The position numbers and the translations under genes are program-made. From Octopus sinensis (lineage: Eukaryota), in the NCBI RefSeq assembly GCF_006345805.1, contig NC_043005.1, forward strand, positions 98,890,001 through 98,954,000: DNA of 64,000 nt, in the 5' to 3' direction. Position 1 is the first letter of the stretch. The number at the start of each line of letters is the position of its first letter. Shown here in pieces: positions 11,766 through 24,498 of this stretch. The notes under the pieces were generated by a model. That model did no database searches and was not told where the DNA came from. It saw nothing but the letters and a program-made list of their open reading frames with translations.

Positions 11766-11769
11766 AATA

Positions 11770-12400
11770 CCCCTGATGCAGTACCAGACAGTGGCTCTCA
11801 TGGCTCCTGATCTTAACTGATTGGAAGTGTTATCATGTATATTGTTTTGTCTTGGTATAAAAGATGGGCTACAGCAAATATTCTGCTCAATACCACAGAT
11901 TTGCTTGTCAGTTGTTTGACCTTAACCAGTTGAGCATGTCCCTTAGTGGCTGACGATATGTGTATCTCTGATCATGAGCAGAAGTAGTGGGGGAGCATTA
12001 TAGCTGTGTGTTGAAAGGAATTGTTAGAGGTTTGGATAATTAACCTTTCGAAACAGGTCGTTTGTTCAGCATCCTTAAACAATCCTTATTCAGGGACCTT
12101 TTGAGCGGGGTGAGCTACTCGACCAGAAGAAAATTCTAACTTGGTCCCACCTGCAAGGTCATGTGCTGTTTATCTTGATGTGAGATCACCATGTTGCGCA
12201 CATATGGTTGTGATGCATGTGCCTAGTGTACCCTTATCAGACGGGTAGTCATGATGGGTATACTGGGCTTCGTATATTTTACCCCAGTGTCACTTTGATG
12301 GCATGCACTGCTCTGTCACTCAGTAATAATAATAATAATAATGATAATAATAATAATAATAATGATAATAATAATAATACTAATAATACTAATAATATGG
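11770..12400 (+). repeat. Dispersed (TAA)n-tailed repeat; inverted partial copy at 45222-45510
   Basis: Shared segments such as cagttgagcatgtccct.agtggctgacgatatgtg and cagggaccttttgagc appear in both places in opposite orientation. Confidence 0.8.
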
Positions 12401-13671
12401 TTACTGTACTAGAGTAATATAAATATTTAACAAAGCTGAAAAGTTCCACCTATTGAATCTTCAGGAAGAACTATTGAAAAAATATTGAATATATTATATA
12501 GAATTGAAGTTGAGGGCAAAGTGGGAAGAATGATGAGACAGGGTAGGTGTGTAGAATATTGGACAATCTAAAGAAGTGTATATTAAATGTATTGATGCAA
12601 ATTGTTTAATTATTCAGAGAATGGTTGGTTTGAAGGAAATCAGTTGTGTGTAAGTGTGGTTTTCATGTAAGAAAATTGTTGTTTGGCAATGGGGACCACT
12701 GTCATTGTTTTTATGTCTTTGGTTTGATAAACTAACTATTTGAAATATCTGACCATTCAAAAACAATTCAATCATATTTAATATATTGAAAGAGAGATAG
12801 AGAGAGAGAGAGAGAGAGATGTGAAATTTTAATTAATCAGAAATCAGTGGTGTATAGCATGATTTTTATATAATTGTAGTTGTTGTTTTTAAAAAAAAAC
12901 AAAAAGAAAGAACATTGTTTGGAAAGGGGGAATGACTCAAACTGTTTGATTTAATAAACAGTTTGAAATGCCTAAGCATTGGCTAACATTTACGCATACC
13001 ACTCTGAGTGGCAGATGAGAATAGAGAGGTTGGAAAATTATATTTCTTATGACTCAGTAATGCAAAGAATGCAAATGTTGTTGGAATGATTACATAGCTT
13101 GGTAAAACAATATTAATTTCCATTTGATGTAACACTTTAAATTATTATTTTTTAAATTTCAAATAAATGTGGACAAACTTGTATCTGTGCATCTAAGTTG
13201 ACTGTGAAATGTGTAAAGGTGTTGACTGTAACACAATTTCAATGAATTTAATGTTAATCCAATGTATGATTTAGAAACTGTTTTTAATTTTGCCTTAGCA
13301 CAGTAAATAATCTCTTTAGAAATACATCTATGGTCTAATGGGCATTCATCTGGATGAGTACAATTGCAAGTTCATGAACAGTTAGTTAATAAGGAATTAC
13401 TGAATTTGATTTAATTCACTTCTGTTGGATAAAGATTGTATATAATTAACTGCAGTAGAACAAGTGACATTTGTTGAAAATTTTGTAATACTTATGGTGA
13501 AAGGGGTAAATGTTTTATTTAAAAAAGTAGGAATTTGGAATTTGTTCATTAAACGAAGGATTGAAAAAGGTGATTTTTTTGTCTTCCTTTTCTATTTCTG
13601 TGGGAGTTGTAAGATGTTTTTATATACAGTTCTATATTTAAGAGATGAAGAATTATGTATATATGCCCACA

Positions 13672-13920
13672 GGCATATGGCATAGTGGTTAAAGGCACGG
13701 GCTACAAACCCCAAGATTCTGAGTTCGATTCCAAGCAGTGACCTGAACAATAATAATAATAATAATAATAATAACAACATTGAAAAATACCTTAGGAATG
13801 AGAACCCAGGTTCGAAATTTCCCCAACACACCTGAAGAAGGCTGGAGGGTATATCAGCTGAAACGTTGTGTTAACAACAAACAAGATGTGGACAAATATC
13901 CATCAAATGTAAATAATGTT
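13672..13920 (+). mobile_element. tRNA-headed element with (AAT)n linker and a hammerhead-bearing tail
   Basis: A box TGGCATAGTGG (13678-13688), B box GTTCGATTCC (13723-13732), HHR core at 13832-13867, first T-run (TTTTT) at about 13918-13922. Confidence 0.75.
13828..13872 (+). ncRNA. Minimal type I hammerhead ribozyme
   Basis: acac-CTGAAGA-a-ggctg...cagct-GAAAC-GTT|gtgt; palindromic aacgtt in place of loop III. Confidence 0.7.
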
Positions 13921-14308
13921 TTTATATACTTTTTGATGAATTTGCTTTGCACAAGCACATAATTATAGTACTTAGAATCATCAGTGAACGTAGGTTGATT
14001 ATAAGAAAAGCTGAAGAAGTACAAGGAAATATTTTGAACGTGATTAAAATATCATGTTGGTAATTAAAGTGTCCATACATGTAGTGGAGTGATTCCTTAG
14101 GTCTTCTGAAAGGAGAAACGAGAAGAGCTGTGTAGGTTAAAACTGGTACCAAGAATGTTGATGATCTTAAGATGAGATTTTACTGTAATTTTTAAGCTTA
14201 GTTCATTGAGAAAGTTATGGATTCTTTCCTAAATTTCTTAATTTCTTGATGATTGGTGTTCCAGTTGATAAATAGACTGCCATCTTTATCAAGACTTCCA
14301 AGAGAATA

Positions 14309-15170
14309 TCATCATCATCATCTGTTAATGTCCACCTTCCCTGATGGTATGGGTTGGATGGTTTGGCCATGATTCCAGTGTTTGCTTTGGTATGGTTTCT
14401 ATGGCTGGATACCCTTTGTGATGCTGACCACTTTACAGGGTATACTGAGTGATGGTGTTTTTTTCTTTTGTAAGACCAGCACTACTAAGATTGCCATGTA
14501 GCTTACAAGACTAAGATTTCTACCAACTGAGTGGAGCAACAGCACAGAAGGAGGCAACTTTATGCTAGGCTATGAAAGTGTGGCCCAGAACAGGTTTCTT
14601 GCTATAGAAAAGATAAACGGTTGCTCACATTATACACGAGTGGATGGAAGTAATTGTTGTGGGGCTGGAAAGAGAAACAAAGATGATGGTGATGAGGTGT
14701 CAGCATGGTCCCTGGGAGCAAGAAGTCATGAAGTGAGGCTGGTTAGCAAGACTGTATAGTGAGAATGGGAACTGGCAAAACAATGAATCAGAAGTGTTAA
14801 TATATATTAAGTGATGAACTAGGATCAAGGTAGGGGAGTATCTGATAAATCTATGTGATGGTGGTTGTGGGAAAATACATAATGACTCGAGACTGGGAAG
14901 AGTATAGGGGGTAATTGTAGTGAATAGTGGGAGGGGCAACCAATGATACATATGAGATGGGGATGCATATGTGTAGTGCTGTTTGGCTCACTGCAGGATA
15001 AAGAGCAATAGGATACAGAGAAAGTGATGACATGTGGAAGGGTAGATTACAAGATTGTGAGTGGAGAGAAAGATGTGGTGCACTGTGAGAGAAATGTATG
15101 GTGATACAGCAAATCAAGAAGGATCGTTTGAGTGGAGAGTGAGAGATACTTTGGTAGCATTGAAGGAATT
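14309..15170 (-). repeat. Old RTE-tail-like repeat followed by a purine-rich decayed repeat
   Basis: (CAT)n plus tgtccac..ccc..tggtatgggttggatgg resembles the RTE tail; related pieces at 53925-54400 and 61790-61900. Confidence 0.45.
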
Positions 15171-16030
15171 ATGAAATGTAAATGGTTTAGAGTATATTAT
15201 TGGACATTGGTGCTTACTTCAATGAAATCCATCCATCTAGTGCTCCATTGAAAAGAACATTTGAAAAGTTGTTTTTTAAAATTCATATACTATTATCATA
15301 AAATAAAATGAATTTCCTAGTGTGTAGAGTATTAATTTCAGAAGCCAGAGAAAAAGGCTGTATCGAAGAGGGAGAATACACATGTGGAATTACGTCTGTT
15401 CTGAAAATCTATGTTAGAATCTAGTTTTATAGAGCTTCCAGGTCTATAGCAATAAAGTGACAATGGCTATAAGAAGCAAACAGTGACAGTAGGTACTTAA
15501 CAATGGCAATAACGGATCTTCTAATGACAATAACTGGCTTACCAATGCTGGAAGAGAAGAGGAAAAAAGGTGGAATGATGACAGTGATGCAGACAACGTT
15601 GTAAATAAAGGACAAAAAAAGAAAGAAAAATGTAAACTAAAATTGACTTACGCTGAACAATTTGGTGAGTTCAAAGTCAACCTAAATGAATACAGCAAGT
15701 CCATATATCCCTAAGCAAAAGAAAAAAGAAAGAGAGAGAGAGAGAAGAGAAAAAGGAAAACCTGAGACTTATAAAAACTGAATACAAAATTTCTGTCTGT
15801 TGCAGTGCGACCAGGTCACAGTTCTGTAACAAAGATTTTGACATCTTATGAAATAAGTGGATTTAACAGTTTTGTGTTTTATGAAAGGGTTAGGATGGGT
15901 CTCCTATGATGTAATTGTTTCAATTTGGGGCCCTTGTGGCCAATAAAAGAAATCATGATGAGGATGATGATGATCATTATTATTATTATTATTCCCTTTT
16001 CATTAATTTGAACCTTACATTTTATTTCAG

Positions 16031-16195
16031 AAGGAACTCTCGTTCAAAAGAGGAAACCGTTGACCAGTTTTGTATTGACAGCATTCTTGATCAACATGCT
16101 CGAAAGCTGCTCTCTTCTCATCGCCTTAGAGATCTTGGCATGTTTGCAGCTAATATGGAAGACTTTAAGATTATACGATGGCTGAGGAAGGAAAG
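16031..16195 (+). CDS. RIC1: RIC1 coding exon (first one visible; phase 2-2, 165 nt): RNSRSKEETVDQFCIDSILDQHARKLLSSHRLRDLGMFAANMEDFKIIRWLRKE(R)
   Basis: tttatttcag acceptor, AG|gtact donor. Peptide matches the metazoan RIC1 segment as I recall it (ID..L.RHAR.LL...RL.DLG.FAA....W L.KER). Confidence 0.93.
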
Positions 16196-16699
16196 GTACT
16201 TCAAATTATTTTAATTTATTTAATTACAACTCATTCCATCTAGCTGATTCCATTAACTTCTGACTTCCACTGAAGAGTTTACCATGTACTGATGTTGTGC
16301 CATATCCCTGGTAAATACATATGAAGTGGTGAGGTACTTCTCTAGACTGTAGGGGCTTATATCTGATTATTGTTTCATTAGCTAATGGTACTGAGCTCAT
16401 AGGCTCCCATGCAGCTGAATGTAGCCAAGGAGAACTGTTCTAGTATATCTACAATTGAGTCTCTGCATGAAGAAATTAGCCTTGTTGTGCTCAACAAGCC
16501 TGTCAGTTACTGGACATAATATTTACATAAAATAATTTAGCAATTCTGTTGAAAATTCTCTAAGTTAAAAGCTTGGTCCTGTTGAAGTTGAACAGAAAAT
16601 TGCTAAACATGGACTTGTTTATTCAAATGCTTATAGTGTATTTAATTGCCAGATTGTTGTGAAAATTGATTGTATTGCAGAAAAGACTTAGTTTTTGAA

Positions 16700-16980
16700 A
16701 AGTATAGTCATTTGTGATTGTTAATTAATTACATAATAACTAAAAAAATTATGAAAAGAAATGTTAATAAATTAAATGCAACTAATAATAAACATGTCTG
16801 TACAAACATCACAAAAAAAATTTTTTCTCAACCTTTTTTGCTGCACATTCATTATAAAATTTATAGGTAAGCTGAGTTACACTCATCAAAAATAACATAC
16901 CTAGGTACACATGAAAGTTTTGATAAAGGAAAACATTTTTTAAAAATAAATTAGAAAACTTCAGCAGCATGTGCATCAAT
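16700..16980 (+). repeat. AT-rich dispersed repeat, second copy at about 55630-55900
   Basis: Shared blocks gtcatttgtg, ttaattaattacataa, taaattaaatgcaa, aacatcacaaa, aggtaagctgagttac. Confidence 0.7.
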
Positions 16981-16999
16981 TTTAATAGTGAATATTTTA

Positions 17000-18268
17000 T
17001 TGGGTTGTCTGGAAAGTTCGTACCGATTTATAGTAGCTTACCTTTCAACTTATTTTAGAACATGGTTGAGTCCATAAAATAGGATTTGACTACACCTCCA
17101 TTTAGAGCACATTTTAAGCTATCTTTATGTGGAAGAAGGTTTGTGTTCCTATAACCTGTGTTAATTCTGTAACCCTTTAAAATGGAAGATAAGAAAGTTC
17201 ATTTTCGGCACTTGATGCTTTTCTTTTTCCATAAAGGGAAAATCACAAGCAACCAAAGAAATATGCACAGTTTACAATGATGTTTCTTTATTCAAAAGAA
17301 CTGTACAGAAGTGGATCGCAAGGTTCCAAGCTGGAGATTGTAGCCTTATTGATAAAGAGCGATCAGGTAGACCATCCACTACAGATGATGACCAAATCAA
17401 GTCATTAATTGAGAATAACCCACATTGCACAACCCGAGAATTGTAGAAAGCCTCAACCTATCAAAATCCATCATTTGTGAGCACCTGGTAAAGCTTGAAA
17501 GCTTGGGTACACAAATCACTACGATGTTTGGGTACCACATGAGTTAAGTGAGAAGAACCTTTTGGATCGTATTTTCATCTGTGATTCACTTTATAACTGA
17601 AATGAAAGCACGCCCTTTTTAAAGTAAATTGTGACAGGTGTTGAGAAATGGATTATCTACTGAAATGTTCAGAGAAAGCGATCCTGGAGTAAGTGACATG
17701 AGCCACCCTTAGCCACCCTAAAAGCAGGTCTTCATCCTAAAAAAGTCTGGTGGGATTGGAAAGAAATTCTGTACCATGAGCTTCTCCCAAGTAACCAGAC
17801 AATTCTGAGAAATACTGCACACAACTGGACGAGTTAGAAGCAACAATTCAAGAGAAGCGTCCAGAATTGGCCAATAGGAAGGTGTTGTTTTCCAACATGA
17901 TAATGCAAGACTGCATGTTTCTTTGGGAACCAAACAAAAATTGCTGCTGCTCGGCTGGGATGTGTTACCCCACCCTCCATATTCGCCAGATATTGCTCCT
18001 TCGGAATTCCACTTATTCAGGTCTCTGCAGAATAGTCTTAATGGTAAAAATTTCAATTCCTTCAATGACGTAAAAAGATACCTTGATGAATTCTTTGCCA
18101 TGAAACCACCTCAATTCTGGGAAGAGGGTATTTTCAAGTTAAAGGAAAGATGGAGACACATTGTGCAACAAAATGGTTGATATTTGGTTGATTAAAAATG
18201 TAATGGCAAGTATTTATTGACCTTTTTCTTTCCTTTAAAAATCGGCATGAACTTTCCGGACAACCCAA
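17000..18268 (+). mobile_element. Full-length (1269 bp) mariner, DD34D type, with decayed transposase
   Basis: TIRs ttgggttgtc.ggaaagttc.t.ccgattt at both ends; TA at 16998-16999; VTGVEKWI, HDNARLH, HPPYSPDIAPSEFHLFRSL motifs with stops and frameshifts. Confidence 0.95.
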
Positions 18269-19149
18269 TGGAATGTAAATAAATGACAGAGGATGGAATT
18301 ACAGTTTTCTTCCTTTGATTAGCAAGTTCATAAGCTTTAAGTCATAAACAGGATCAGTTCAATTTGGGCCATTGCAGGGATATTGGACTGAGAGATGCAT
18401 TCACTGTTGGGTGGATTCATTGTTGTATAGGATGTTCAAAGTTAAAAAAAAAACATAGATTTATCCTCAATAGAGAATTGGATAAGAATTAAAATAAAGA
18501 TAGAATATCTCAGAGAAATAAAAAAAAAATAACTTAGAAATTTGTTTGGGAGAGATTGAGAACATTATTGAGAAAGATATTAGAAATGAACAATAAAAAA
18601 GAAATAAACATTGATCTCCAAATTTAATGGGTGGAATTCTTTTTTGAAAAGCAACAATCTTTGTCAACTGATGTCTTAGAATTGATAAGAAACTAATCTA
18701 CTGAGTATTTGTGACTTAAGCTCAAGATTATAGAGTTACTTATTTCATTACCTATAATCATAATATAATAATTTCTATCATTGGCATAGCGCCAGATATC
18801 ATTGGGGAATCAATTAAATTAATCGAGATTAATTCTTTACTTTATCAAAACTGACTCTGACAGAAAATGAGGATAGAATATAAAGCATTGCAACTAATGA
18901 AAGGCAAAGTTTTGTTTCTTTAGGATTTGAACTGATAATGTGAAAGGATGCAACTGAAGATAAAGTTATTCATCCACTGCTCTACCAATTCTGCCATTCA
19001 CTACATTCAGTAATTGTAATAGTCATCTTTTATACTATAAGTGCAAGTCCTAACATTTTGGAGCCCTGTACTTGACTGACACTTCTATTTTATTGACCTG
19101 GAAAAGATAAAAAGCAAAGCTGACCTCAGTGGATAGCATAACTATTAAT

Positions 19150-19330
19150 TAATATTTCCTGGTTGCTGGCATCAAACTCCGTTAGATGTTTGAAGTTGTT
19201 TTAGACATTGATGTTACTGTTAGGTTCAGTGAAGCATGTAGAATACTTCCTTATGCTCTTTCCGTGACCATTTTTTTCTCGATCCTTTTGTTGGGCATTT
19301 CAGTTGATAAACATAGATGGCTATAGTGTG
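19150..19330 (-). mobile_element. Possible R4/Dong-like N-terminal fragment
   Basis: Minus peptide KRIEKKWSRKEHKEVFY resembles the KW..EE...M.CYY start of R4-clade ORFs; short and decayed. Confidence 0.3.
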
Positions 19331-20059
19331 GAATGTCCTTGATTTGGGGTTTCTCTAGTTTTTAGTGGGCAGAACCTGTTCCTCTAGGAATATTTTCATT
19401 CCCAGCCTGGTCCCTTAGTTGGGTTCATGGTCTTTGTTAACCTACATGACAGCCATTGTAGTTTGACAGTTTAGCTGGTCAAACTGGCATTGTTGGGTCT
19501 GACTGTCAGACTCCCTTTGGCTATATTTATGGCTGGGCTGCCATATCTACATTATCCTGTCTACAATGCATGGAGGAGGGGTTGAGCTTCTGCCAGCCGA
19601 TCCCCCCTCCTCCACCCGCCCTCCCTCCTCTCCTCCCCCTCCTAGCAGCAGCAGCAGCAGCACTACTCTCAAAGCATTTAGATGTGCTTTTCATTTTTTC
19701 TCTCTCTGAGATTCAACTTCATTTCAAGCATTGCAAAACAAGAATTCTTCAGATTACTTGTCGATAGCGATTTTTATTACCTGTGAATGTCTACCCCAAT
19801 AACTAGAGTAGATAAAGAGAATCTGTCTTTACAGACTTTATATTTGATTTGCTTTCACATTTTCATGGCATTTTATATCAAAATATCTAAAAGATATAGT
19901 CCTGAAAAAAAAACACAAAAAAAAAGAAAAAAGAATAGATTCAACAAATTACTCTAAAGTCTGAATACTTGAAACAAAAACAGAAAAATGGACATTTAAT
20001 ACAAAAAGAATTGTTTTGGAAAGTTTAACAAATATTTTGAACACCAACAGTAAAAGCAA

Positions 20060-21600
20060 CAACACTCATGCACAGACAAATATGTTTGAAGGTGTATTCA
20101 GTGGTAATTCTAAAACAGTCACCTTTGCTTGCCTTTATCATTACACAGACAATCTTTTGACTTGAAAGTTCCTCCGAAAAAATTCACTAAGTGAATTGTG
20201 TGAAATTAAACAGTGTCGCTTTGCTCCAGGATCTTATTCAAGAGACGACAAAAAGAAAAGCAGCATAACTGTTGTGTATGAAGACTGGCAAACATTTCTG
20301 TCTCTCCTCAAAACAGCAGCTGGAACAAGAAGCACAATGTGAAATGTCATGAGATATCTTTCTGATTGAGTAGAGTAAAGCTTCTTGTGCTGACTAATGT
20401 ACTTTTGGGTCAAAGACTCAGCCACAACACTGCCTGGAATAGACATACCTACACTTATGCACTTGTTTCTCAGTATTTGGGCTAGAGTAAGGCAGTAAGC
20501 TGGTAGAATCGTTAGCACGCTGAACAAAATGCTTAGCAGTATTTCATCTGCCGCTACGTTCTGAGTTCAAATTCCGCCGAGGTCGACTTTGCCTTTCATC
20601 CTTTCGGGGTCGATTAAATAAGTACCAGTTGCACACTGAGGTCGATGTAATCAACATAATCCCTTTGTCCTTGTTTGTCCCCTCTATGTTTAGCCCCTTG
20701 TGGGCAATGAAGAAATAAGTATTTGAGCTAGAGTAATATAAGGATGATGATGAGAGACATTGGAAATCATCTGGATGTGAAGCTGGTTGTCATCTTTATA
20801 TCAGAGTTTAGATGAGAATGACATGTGGTGAGGTAGGTTTAAGCTGGATTTACAAGTTTTAATGACCCCTGAAACCACAAGGTCATCATACTGCAGATGT
20901 GCCCAGTTGAGAGTTCAGAGACAAAGGGTATGAGACTGAATGTACAGAATAAAAGGGTTAGTTTTATAGAGATGACCGTAAAATCACTTGAGAGTCTTTT
21001 AGTCTGGACAGAACTGGAAAAGCTTGGAAAGTGAAAGAGAAGTGAAAGCAACAAACGGGATCCTATATAGCAACAAGATTGGCAGGACTCAGTTCTAGAG
21101 CACCATCAGTCACAGCCCTAGAAATGGTAGAGGAGATCACCTCTTAGCTTGTCTTGAAAACAAGCAAACAGATTCCCAGTTCACAACTGTAGCAACTTTC
21201 CCAACATTTTGTAATGAACGAAAGAAGAAATTCACTGAAAATATAAGGTAAACAAAAACAAAAAGGAAAAACTCTAAAAAAGGAAGAGTGAATCCCAACA
21301 AAAGGCTACAGCATAAAGAAATTTAAACAGGCTCCACCTCCTCAGGAAATTGTCATGGGGTCCACAGTAGTACAACTGGAACATGAAAACTTAGTTATTA
21401 TGTATACCAGGATTTCTGAACTTTTTAACAAAATATTTTTGAAGACTCACTCTTAAACATATAAACAACAGAAAGTTAGAAAAGTGTTCACCATGGATGA
21501 AAAAATACTCAAACACCCAAAGAGTGCTAATCTGTGTCATTGGGTCCACTGGAAAACAGAATGTGGAATTACTTAAGGGCAGAGTTGTGAGGTTCCTAGT
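20060..21600 (+). pseudogene. Decayed coding-like sequence of uncertain origin (possibly DIRS/Ngaro-type ORF1), interrupted by a SINE
   Basis: Less AT-rich, codon-like texture with scattered stops; TPKEC*SVSLGPLENRMWNYL at 21502-21587 resembles RPENC..L.VP.VN.EIW. Confidence 0.3.
20491..20717 (+). mobile_element. tRNA SINE family A, tail a, with 19-bp target-site duplication
   Basis: TSD agtatttg(g/a)gctagagtaa at 20472-20490 and 20718-20736. Confidence 0.92.
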
Positions 21601-21913
21601 CCAACCTAGCCACTGTGTTTCAACCCATGTGTGGGTCGGTGATCCTAAATGCTTCAGATGATTTTTCAGATTTAAGCTCTACCTTGTTTTAATTATTATG
21701 TGTTTTATTGAATCTTTACAATATTATTTTGTTTTCTTAAATTTTTAATCAGTGTATGGTATAACATCATTATCCTTCTTGCATTTTTTTTCAATAACTC
21801 TATCCAGCCTCACATTTATGTATAGTAAAAGACATTGTCTTTAATATTAATTTCATTTTATCTTTTGAGCACTTGTGATTCATAAAGAAGTTATTATTAC
21901 TGTTGTTACTGTT

Positions 21914-22345
21914 AAGGCAGCGAGTGGACAGAACCATTAACACGCCGGGCAAAATGCTTAGTGGCATTTCGTCGGTCTTTATGTTCTGAGTTCAAATATC
22001 GCTGGGGTTGACTTTACCTTTCATCCTTTTGGGGTCAATAAATTAAGTACCAGTGAAATACTGGGGTTGATGTAATTGGCTGGTCCCCTTCCCCAAAATT
22101 TTAGGCCTTGTGCTTATAACAGAAAGGATTATTATTATTGGGGTATACGTGTACTGATAGAATTGTGAGTACAACTAATAAAATACTCAGTGGCATTTCT
22201 TCCAACTCTTTACACTCTGAGTTCAAATCCCATTGAGGTCAACTTTGTCTTCCCAAGGGCTAGTCTACTGCTGTTGGCTCGTTGACATCATTGACTTACT
22301 TCTTCCTCCTAAAGTCACCAGCCTTGTACCAAAATTTGAAACAGC
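21914..22345 (+). mobile_element. Two tandem family A, tail b SINE copies (21914-22139; about 22150-22345, more decayed)
   Basis: Head, core and tail motifs repeated twice. Confidence 0.8.
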
Positions 22346-22648
22346 TGTTATTATCCTATTTAAGAATTGCTAACCTAAATTGGAAACTCTTATCACCTTA
22401 TTAAGTGTACACATACTGTATTGTACAAAAACTTTAATGTTTTCAGTTTATTTGTAATATTTTCCTCTGAATATTGGTACTTTGCAGGAATGCCATTTTC
22501 TGAACTTCACCGATAGAAGGTCTTCAAGCAATCCTTTGGTTCTTTTTTGTACTGGGCTTTAAAACTCTTGGTGCTCTTAGAATTAATGATTGGAACTATT
22601 TCTGTGTCTTTACTCCTCATTCTTGCTATTTCAACTCCTTAATCTTTT

Positions 22649-22946
22649 ATCATCATCATCATCATCGTTTAACATCCGTTTTCCATCCTAGCATGGGTTG
22701 GACGGTTCGACCGGGGTCTGCGAAGCCTGGAGGCTGCACCAGGCTCCAGTCTAATCTGGCAGAGTTTCTACAGCTGGATGCCCTTCCTAATGCCAACCAC
22801 TCCGTGAGTGTAGTGGGTGCTTTTTACGTGCAGGCAAACGGCCACGATTGGTTGGTGCTTTTATGTGTCACCAACACTGATGCCAGTCAGGCAGCACTGG
22901 CATCTGTCGTGTTCGGACGGTGCTTTTTACGTGTCACCAGCACAGG
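22649..22946 (-). mobile_element. 5'-truncated RTE 3' UTR copy
   Basis: (CAT)n gtttaacatcc...catgggttggacgg...ggatgcccttcctaatgccaacc. Confidence 0.85.
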
Positions 22947-23560
22947 ATTTCTAAAATTCTTCAGCCTCAAGGTTTGTTTGAGGTACTTGCTGATTATCGG
23001 TGCAATCTCACTAATGGTTAATGATTCCAGAATCCACAAGTGGCAACCACTCTTAAAATCCTTCTATTAATAAATCTCTAGTAAGGGCAAACTTGCCTTT
23101 CTCTTGTTTTAGTTTTCAAAAATGGCTTTGCTAATCAGTATCTGCTTTTCACACTCATATGAATTCTCTGTTATTCTGAAAGTATGATGTTTCCAGATGA
23201 GCAGTTATCTTTTGCAATATGATTTCTGTAAAGAAGCAAAATTCTGGAGTTTGATGTTTCTGCAGACTTGGAAATTGATTGGTTTTCCTCTGTGAAGAAT
23301 CCAAGTTGTTTTTGCTTTTGTCAGTAAATTGTTATTGCTTATCAAGACAAACATTATCTGTATCTGGATAAATTCTTGGGTTGTTTTGGCTGACATTGCA
23401 TTTGTTGCTTTGTTGCAATGTGTCTGCAGTCTATATCCCTCTTCAAAATCTCTTAATGCTGCTGCATTGCTTTCTATTTTGTTTTTTCCTATTCTTTGGC
23501 AAATATTATTATTAATATTGTTGTTGTTGCTATTGCAGTATTAATATTAATATTCTACTG
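22947..23560 (-). mobile_element. Decayed retroelement-like ORF fragment, family unassigned
   Basis: Long mostly open minus frame (MSAKTTQEFIQIQ...ENSYECEKQILISKAIFEN) preceded by an AAC/AAT low-complexity run. Confidence 0.3.
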
Positions 23561-24498
23561 TCTTCACTTAACACCATTTTCCAATTAAAAAATGGGAAAA
23601 AATTGCAATTCTGATATTCTAGCATTTATGAATCTAATATTTCCCAATTCTATATTGATGTGTTTAATATCTTTGATCTTACTAATACAGTTACTAGTAG
23701 TCTCTAATCTGCCTGTCTGTCTCTCTGTTTCTCTCTCTACACACAAACATGTATATATCCTCTTATACACTCGCATGCATGCATATGTGTATGCGCACAC
23801 ATAGCTATGTATGTGCATCAGTCTATCTATCTATCTATCTCTATATATATATCTATATCTATCTATTTATAAATACATACATGTATACATACATCACCAC
23901 TACCAGTTTTTAGGGGCTGTAGCACCCAATAAGAAATGACTCAGATTGTATTGACCTGTCTAACCCATGGCAGCTTGAAAACTGGATGTAAAGTGATGAT
24001 GGCATATAATTGTTAAATGAAGGTTCATGCTTTGAAGCGTGCTTAAAAATGTGTGTGTGTGTGTGTGTGTATATCAAGTTACATATGTGACCCAAAGGTT
24101 GAGAGTATAGTGCATTTCATTTACACACACACATGCATGCATACAAGGGCAAAATAAGAAGAACTTGGAAATCTAATATATCTTGATACAACTGTAAGAA
24201 GATATAGAAGGGAATAATTGCTGAAAAGATAAAAATCCAAATAATGTTTACAAAAAAAGTCAATCCAACAGAATTAACCATGTAAACATTCAAATGATAT
24301 GAATTTATTCCTTTGGGAAGAACAATAATGAAAGATGTGAGATCAATGAAGTAAATGCCAAATTGCGGCAGTTACAGTGACTTTCGAAAAATTATATGCT
24401 TTTTGGGAAAAATATACAGATAAGCAACCAGATACTGTTTTAAAAGCAACAATAATTTTGTCTGCACTTTATTTTTGTGAAACATAGACACTAAATAC

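Noticed and set aside
15806-15830. Acceptor-like ctgttgcag about 220 bp before exon 16031
   Set aside because: No convincing donor and no RIC1-like peptide.
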